A stretch of 64,000 bases of DNA from the human T2T-CHM13v2.0 reference genome, Homo sapiens, in assembly GCF_009914755.1 (NCBI RefSeq), contig NC_060939.1; one strand, given 5' to 3'. Both the position numbers and the translations under genes were made by a program. Of the stretch, positions 56,780 to 64,000 are shown piece after piece. The notes beneath the pieces were generated by a model. It was not told the DNA's origin. It saw nothing but the letters and a program-made list of their open reading frames with translations, and made no database searches. Within the stretch, counting starts at the first letter, position 1. Every line of letters starts with the position of its first letter.

Positions 56780-59700
56780 TGTTTAACATTTGAAAAAATG
56801 TCAAACTATTTTTCAAAATGACAGCACCATTTTACATTCCCACCAGCAATGTGTTATGGTTCCAATTTCTCCACATTCTTGCCAACATCTGTTATTATCC
56901 ATCTTTTTTATTATAGTCATGCTGGTAGGTGTGAAGTGGTATCTGAAGGTTGTTTTTGACTTTTCTTATTCCTAATGATTAGTGATGTTGAGCATATTTC
57001 AGGTGCTTGTTGGCCATTTGTATATCTTCTTATGAAAAATGTTTGCTTAAATCCTTTGTCTACTTTTTAAATGGGTTGCTTGTCTTTCTGTTGTTGGGTT
57101 GTAAGAGTTCTTTATATATTCTAAATATTAGTCCTTTATATATGATTTACAAATATTGAAATTTTCTCCACTGGATTGTCTTGGTAGTTTTGTCAAAAAT
57201 TGATCTACCGTAAATGTTAGGGTATATTTTTGTATTCTCAATTCTATTCCACTGATCCATATATTTATTTTAAAGCCAGTGGCACAGTTTCGTTTATTGT
57301 ACCTTTATTGTAGTAAGTTTTGAAATATGGAAGTATGAGTTTTACAAATTTGTTCTTTTAAGATTGTTTTGGCTCTTCTGGGTCCCTTGAATTTTTATAT
57401 GAGTTTTACATTAAGCTTGTCAATTTGGGGGGGAAAAAAGGCAGCTGGCATCCTGATAGAAATTGCATCGGATCTGTAGATCAATTTGTGGAGTTTTACC
57501 ATCTTAACAATATTGTCTTTGAATCCATAAAAATGGGATAAATCGCATTTGGATAAGCCCTTTTATATGTTGCTATATTCAATCTGAAAGTTGTTGTAGA
57601 AGATTTTTCATTGGTATACATAGGGGTATTGGTCTATAATTTTCTCTTGTTGTGATACCTGTCTAGAGTAATACTGGCCTTAGAAAATGAGAAGTGTTTC
57701 TTTTTCTTCTATTTTTTGGAAGAGTTTGAGAAGGATTGATGTTAATTCTTCTTTAACTTTTGTTAGCAATCACTGAACAAGCATCTAGTCTTTTCTTTAT
57801 GGGGGTTTTCTTTTTTCTTTTTCTTTTTTTGTTTAAGCAATATCCCTGTCATGGCACTTTGTGGGAATTTTTAATACTACTAATTCAAACTCTTTGCCTG
57901 TAATAGATTTATTAACATTTTCTATTTATTCTTGAGTCAGTATTGGAAGTTTTATCTTTCTGGAAATGTGTCAGTTTCTTCTCAATGATCTAATTTGTTG
58001 TTATATAATTGGTCGTAGTATTTTCTTATAATCCTTTTTGTTTCTGTAAGATATGTAGTAATGTCCACTTTTTTTTCCTGACTTTAGTATTTTGAGTCTT
58101 CTTTCTTTTATTCTTGCTCAGTGTAGCTATAGGATAGTCAGTTTTCCCAATCTTTCCAAAAAGCCACTTTTGGTTTTATTGATTTTCTCTATTGTTTTTC
58201 TATTTTTTATTTCATTTATATCCATTATAATGTTTCTCATTTCCTTTCTTCTGCTAGTGAAGTATTTAATTCATTTACATGTAATTTAATTACTGATGAG
58301 GTATGATTTACATCTTCCATCTTTCTGTTTTCTATATTTCTTCTGAGTTTTTTCTCTTTGTTGTTGCTTTTGTTGTGCCTCTGTTCTTTTATTACTGCCT
58401 TCTTTTGTGTTGAGTAGAGATTTTCTAGTGTCCCATTTTAGTTCACTTGTTTTTTTTTCAGTATATATTCTTTTGAATTTTTTTTGGTAGTTGCCCTGGG
58501 AAATTATAATTAATATCTAAACTTGTAATAATCTAGTTTAGATTAATACCAACTGAATTTTAATAGTCTATACAACTTTGCTCCTATACAGCTCTATTCT
58601 TTCCCACTCTTATGCTATTATTGCCATAAAATTACATTTTAATATATTGTATGCCCATCAACACAAATTTATTATCTATTTATGCAGTTATCACTTAGGG
58701 AGAAAAAAAAGAAGTGTTATAACCAAAAATATATTTGTGCAGTATATTATATTTACCTATGTAGTTACCTTTACTGATGCTATTTATTGCTTCATAGTAT
58801 TCCGTTATAATTTTTAAGTTACTGCTCAGTAGTGTCCTTTTATTTTGTCCAGAAGAGCCTCCTGTAGTTTTTCTTATAGAGACGGTTTGCTAATGACCAG
58901 TTGCGTCAACTTTTATCTGGGAATTCCTTAATTTCTGTTAACTTTTAAAGATTAGTTTTGCTGGATATAAAATTTGGGGTTGCCAGACTTTTTTTTCTTT
59001 CAGCACTTTAAATATATCATCTTACTGCTTTCTAGCCTCTGTGATTGCTAATGAAAAACTGGATGTTAATCATATTGAGAATAATTTATGCATGATAAGT
59101 AGCTTCTCTCTGCTTTCAAAAATCCCTTCATCTTTGATTTTTGACAGTTTGACTATGATGTACATAGGTATGGATCACTTACAGTGTATCCTATTGGAGT
59201 GTGTTGAGCTCCTTTCATGTCTAAATAAATGTTTTTTTAAATTAAATTTGTTAATTTTTGGCCATTCTTTTTTTTTAAATATTCTTTCTGCCCATTTCTC
59301 ATTCTCCTCTCCTTCTAGAATTCCATTATGCATATGTTGGCACAATTAATGATGTCCCATAGATCTCTGAGGCTCTGGGTTTTTTTTTTTTTTTTTCCAT
59401 TTTCTTTCTCTCTCTTAGATTGGCTAATCTTAATTGACCTATCTTCAAGTTTGCTAATTCTTTCTTCTGCTTACTCAAATACAATGTTGAGTACCCACAG
59501 AAGTTTTTTCATTTCAATTATTGTACTTTTCAACTCCAGAATTTATATTTGGTTTTTTAAAAATCATTTCATTTCTTTGTTGATATTATGTAGTTGGTGA
59601 GACATTATTCTCATCGTTTCCTTTGTTTCTTTAGACATAGTTTTCTCTAATTTTTTTTCTGGTTGTTTTAATTCATAGTCTTTATTATTTTGCATAGTTT

Positions 59701-62050
59701 TTAGGTTTAGAGAAAAGTTGAGTGGAAAGTACATATAGTTCATATATATAACTTCACATCCTTCCCCAGGTTTACCTATTATTAGTGTCTTGTATTAGTG
59801 TGGTACATTTGTTACAATTGATTAAGTAATATTGATACACTATTAATAACAAAAGTTCATGGTTTGCATTAGGGTTTACTCTTTTTGTTGGACATGTATT
59901 CACAATTATAGTCTCCTGCAGAATAGTTTCACTGTCTGAAAATTCCCCTCTGCTGCACTGATTCATTTCTCCCTTTCCCCAAACTTCTGACAACAGTTGA
60001 TCTTTTAAAAGACTCCATAGCTTTGCCTTTTCCAGAATGTCATATAGTTGGAATCATACAGTATGTAGTGTTTACAGCGTAGCTTCCTTCGCTTAGCAAT
60101 ATATATTTAAGATTCCTTCATGAGTTCTCATAGATTGATAGCTCATTTGTTTTTGTTACTGAATAATATTTCATTGTATGAATATGCCACAGTTTTGTGT
60201 TTTTTAAATCCATTCACCTATTCTTGGTTGCTTCCAAGTTTTGTAAATTATGAATACAGCTGCTGTAAACATTTGTGTGCAAGTTCTGTGTGAATATAAA
60301 ATTTCAACTTCTTTGGGTCAATACAAAAGAACACAATTTCTGGATTATATGGCAAGAGTATGTTTAGTTTTGTGAGGAACTGCCGATCTGTCTTCTAAAG
60401 TGGCTGTGTCATTTTGCATTCCCACTAGCAATGAATCCAAGTTCCTATTGCTCCACACCCTCATCGGTATTTGGTGTTGACAGTGTTCTGGACTTTGGCC
60501 ATTCTGATAGGTGTGTAGTGATAATTTATTGTTGTTTTAATTTATAATTCTCTAATGACATGTGATGTTGAACATCTTTTCATATGCCTATTTGTCACAT
60601 GTATATCTTCTTCAATGAAGTTTTAAATTAAAACCTCATTGCCTATTTTTAAATTAGATAGTTACTATCTTATTGTTTTGAGAGCTTTTGCATATTTTGG
60701 ATACCAATTACATATCAGATATATATTTTGCAATTACTTTTCCAGTCTATGGCTTGTCTTTTTATTCTTCTAACAGTGTTAGTGTAACAGAGCAAAAGTT
60801 TTTAGTTTTAGTAGAGTCTAACTTAACAATTTTTTTCTTTTGTTGATCATACATTTGGTGTCCTCTAGTTTTTGAACATATTTAAAACAATTGATTTAAA
60901 GTCTTTTTTTAGTAAGTCCAACATCTTGGCTTCCTCAGGAACAATTTGTATTGACTGTTTTTCTTCTATGTGTGGCTCATACTTTGTTTCTTTGCCTGTC
61001 TCATCATTTTTTGTTGTTGAAACTGGAAATTTTCAATAATATAAAAGTGGCTACCCTGGAAAATAGATTCTCCCTCTCTTTAGGGTTTGTTGTCATTGCT
61101 CTTTATTATTGTTGTTTTTGTTGCTGCTTGTGTTCTTAGTGACTTACCTGAACTAATTCTATGCCATACGTGTTCTTTGCCGTGTATGACCCCTGAAGTT
61201 TCTGGTTGGTTAATTTAGTGACCAGGTAATGACTGGACAGAGATTTCACTAAAATACTGGAACCAAAAAGTCTCCTTGTGTTTGCCAAGGACTCTGTGTA
61301 CATGTCAGGACATGCATTTAACATACATCCATTTCCTTTATCACTCTGTCTTAGCATTTCTGTCCCTACTTATGCAGAGCCTCATGGTCAGCCAGGTGTG
61401 AGAGCTTAAGGCCTTCTTAGATTTTTCCCTACACATGTGTGTGACCTTCTAGATTCCTATGAATATTTCAGAATTTTTCAAAGCCTCTGAAAAACATCTA
61501 ACTCCCCAGGTTTTTCTTTCAAAGTTTTTGGTCAACTTGTTTGGACCAATTGTTATTGCCACAGTAATGCTGAACAATCGCTGCTGATTTTTGTTTTCTT
61601 TTTGACAAATGCCCCTGGGCAAAAGCCTGTTCACACTGGGTAATCTCCAAGTCTATTCACTTAAAGACGAGCCTTGTGTGTATGGTTTTCTAGGGAACTA
61701 CCAGACAAGTCAAACAGTGATAAGTCAAACAAGTCAAACAGTGACAATTCTCTGAGAATGAGGCTTTGAAAGAGCTCCAACCCTGTCTGGCACCTTTAAT
61801 GGCATTGTATTGTGGGCTGTTGATTTTTAAGGGTACCATGGAGTTGAGAAGGTAATGGAAATAAGGCAAGTTAAAATGTCACAACACCCATTCTTCTTGC
61901 CACTTTTTTTTTCTTGAATAAACAATCGCCTTGTTGCAAGCTTTTGGTTAATTTATAGAGTTTTGAAAAAGTCAGTTTTGGCTATTTTTGCCAATGTTCT
62001 CCTCGATTTTATGGAAAGGATTTTCAGAGGTTCTCAGTTCACCATTCCAT
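56780..62050 (-). mobile_element. Large decayed old L1M block (several fragments)
   Basis: T-rich antisense L1 ORF2/ORF1 motifs (cattcccaccagcaatgt, gttcttttaagattgttttggct, tttcagcactttaaatat). Confidence 0.8.
59650..60860 (-). mobile_element. L1MC1/2-type 3' end nested in the older L1
   Basis: gtggtacatttgttacaattgat, ttgccttttccagaatgtcatatagttggaatcatacagtatgtag; approximate TSD ctcta(a/g)ttttt. Confidence 0.8.
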
Positions 62051-62879
62051 TTATGTCTTAATATGGTTTTAAGAGTCATCAATGTTATTGGTTGGTAGCA
62101 ATCTCAATATTCTGGCCCAATGAATGATCCTCCTTTATGTGGGAACCTTCCTGTATCCTGCAACTAAGCACCTAGTTATGCAGAAAAATTCCTCCTGTCT
62201 GACCAATCATATTAATTGAATCCATGCAGACAGTGAATGAGGTGGTGGATGTCCTATCCAGGTAATTCCCAATTCATAACCTTAATAACACTGACAATGT
62301 TGTATGACTCCTTAAAAAACTGGCACAAACAATACCATGTTCATATTGCTTCATCATAAAAGGTCATGGTACATGTTACTGAGACGGTATCTGAGCATGG
62401 GATTACTTGGGAACTTTCCCGTTTTCTCCCAAATTCTAGATCATATGAGTTGATGAAGCAGTTTCATCATGCTGATCATTCAATACTCACTACAAGCCAC
62501 CTGACTGCCATAAAAAGAGAAATAATATGGGTGTTACAGGTAGCTTTGTCCCTGTTCTTCAATCTTTGGTAATATGTACCCAGACCTTCTCTTCTGTAGG
62601 AATTCTGTAATGAGAGCTTAAGTCCCTGGGGAAGCCGGTGAACAATCTAGTTTTGGAATATCCAACTTTTCTTAGGATTCAAGTCAATGGATTATACACT
62701 GGTGTCTGCCACTTGCAAGCCCCTTTGAACCCTAATGTCCTCATTTATAAAACATGGAGAATAAGACCCATCACACGGCTTGTGGTGAAGATTAAGTGGG
62801 TAACATTTGTAAAAGATGTGAAAGCTATTCTAACATAAGGGCTTATAATGATGACCTAAAAATCCGTAAATCTGGGTGC

Positions 62880-63020
62880 CAAAACAATATTGCTGCCAGA
62901 AGTCACCGACTTCTACCATGCCTGGTGCATACCTCACAAGATTCTGATTTAATTGGCCTTGGATGTGTCCTGAGAATCTGAGATTTTTGAAAAGCTCCCC
63001 AGGTGATTCTATCATGTAGT
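62880..63020. mobile_element. MER5A-like MITE
   Basis: agattctgatttaattgg...aaaagctccccaggtgattct. Confidence 0.7.
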
Positions 63021-63705
63021 TAGGGTAGCTTTATCCTGTTAAGAATAGTTAAAAGAGAAGAAAACTTCAAAATGATAGCTTTCAGATCTCTGTTTATCTC
63101 CATGGCTGCAATAGACAGCTTGGGTTTTGCTTCCAGAAGGCTTAAAAAAAGAAACAAAAATCAGTGAATGTGTGAAAATGGTTCTTGAAATAACTCTTAG
63201 AGATGCTTGAATCAACACAAGGGAGAACATAGATGAAAAGACCAGCATGATCCTTCCACTGTTCTGGATTTTCTCTGCTGAAAACTAAATCACCATCTAA
63301 CCTAGATAAAGCTTTTTTTTTTTTAATTCCTTTTCGGGGTTATATTTCCTGTAGCAATTTCTCTCACTGTTGTTAAATACATCAGCAATAACAAACGTGT
63401 GAACATGTTTCACTAATGCAAAAGAGGAGTATGTTTGTGGTGATTACTGAAGACAATATGTGTCCTACACATGGACGATGCAGCTACCTGTACCTCGCCT
63501 GTCCCCCAATGAATCTAAGATATTTCTTTATTCCCTTCTCCCTTTGACTCCCTCTGATTCATCTCTGCAGTGTCCTGACCTAACAGTGTAACCTCATAAC
63601 TGGTAAAGTGAATTTGAGACTAGACAATTCTTCCTCATTATTTTCTTTCTTTCTATTCAGAAAAAAAAATATGGAAGCCATGAAGTTTGGGTTCACACTA
63701 TTTAA

Positions 63706-63734
63706 GGATGGATGCATGGATGGATGGATGGATG
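63706..63734. repeat. (GGAT)n tetranucleotide repeat
   Basis: Read directly, one interruption. Confidence 0.85.
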
Positions 63735-64000
63735 CCACCTAGGATAATCTCATTCTAAAAAATAAAAAACCAATATACTTTTTTTTTCTACACTTGTTGT
63801 CAGTAAATGGAGGAGAAAATAAGGGTCTTCTCCAACACTTGGATATAAGCTAGTAAAAGCCACACATACCAATTATAATTAGGTATCTGAGGGATCAAGT
63901 CTGAGGGATTGCCTGTGACCATATAATTGGAATTTGGGAAACACCACAACTCTAATCAGGTTAATTCTAGAACAATCTCAAGGAGGGAGGGCTTGAAAAT

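Noticed and set aside
61706-61746. Short repeated aagtcaaacagtga units
   Set aside because: Ordinary slippage duplication inside decayed L1 sequence.

Overview
Primate (human-like) genomic DNA: AT-rich, CpG-depleted and rich in repeats. The only protein-coding sequence I can support is the 5' end of TMC3 (transmembrane channel-like 3) on the minus strand. Coding exon 1 is 2059-2147 and exon 2 is 653-799. Both were missed by the ORF track, and they splice in frame to [30 protein letters not shown]|[49 protein letters not shown]. From recall (not checkable here) this is human 15q25.1, and the window should lie within the plus-strand lncRNA TMC3-AS1. The remaining ~61 kb is upstream DNA filled with Alus, old L1/L2/MIR, MaLR and ERVL LTRs, Tigger3a, MER5 and two plus-strand ERV9/LTR12 solo LTRs, many nested with intact TSDs. 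I found no new multi-gene system. The most unusual structures are: complementary (CA)25/(GT)18 tracts bracketing the frame-symmetric TMC3 exon 2; a 91-bp templated insertion copied from 2.2 kb away inside a 24-bp duplication; an unexplained 49-bp-arm hairpin; a 158/118/158-bp tandem triplication; and the LTR12 pair near candidate plus-strand exons. Repeat subfamily names come from my recognition of consensus motifs, not from a search.
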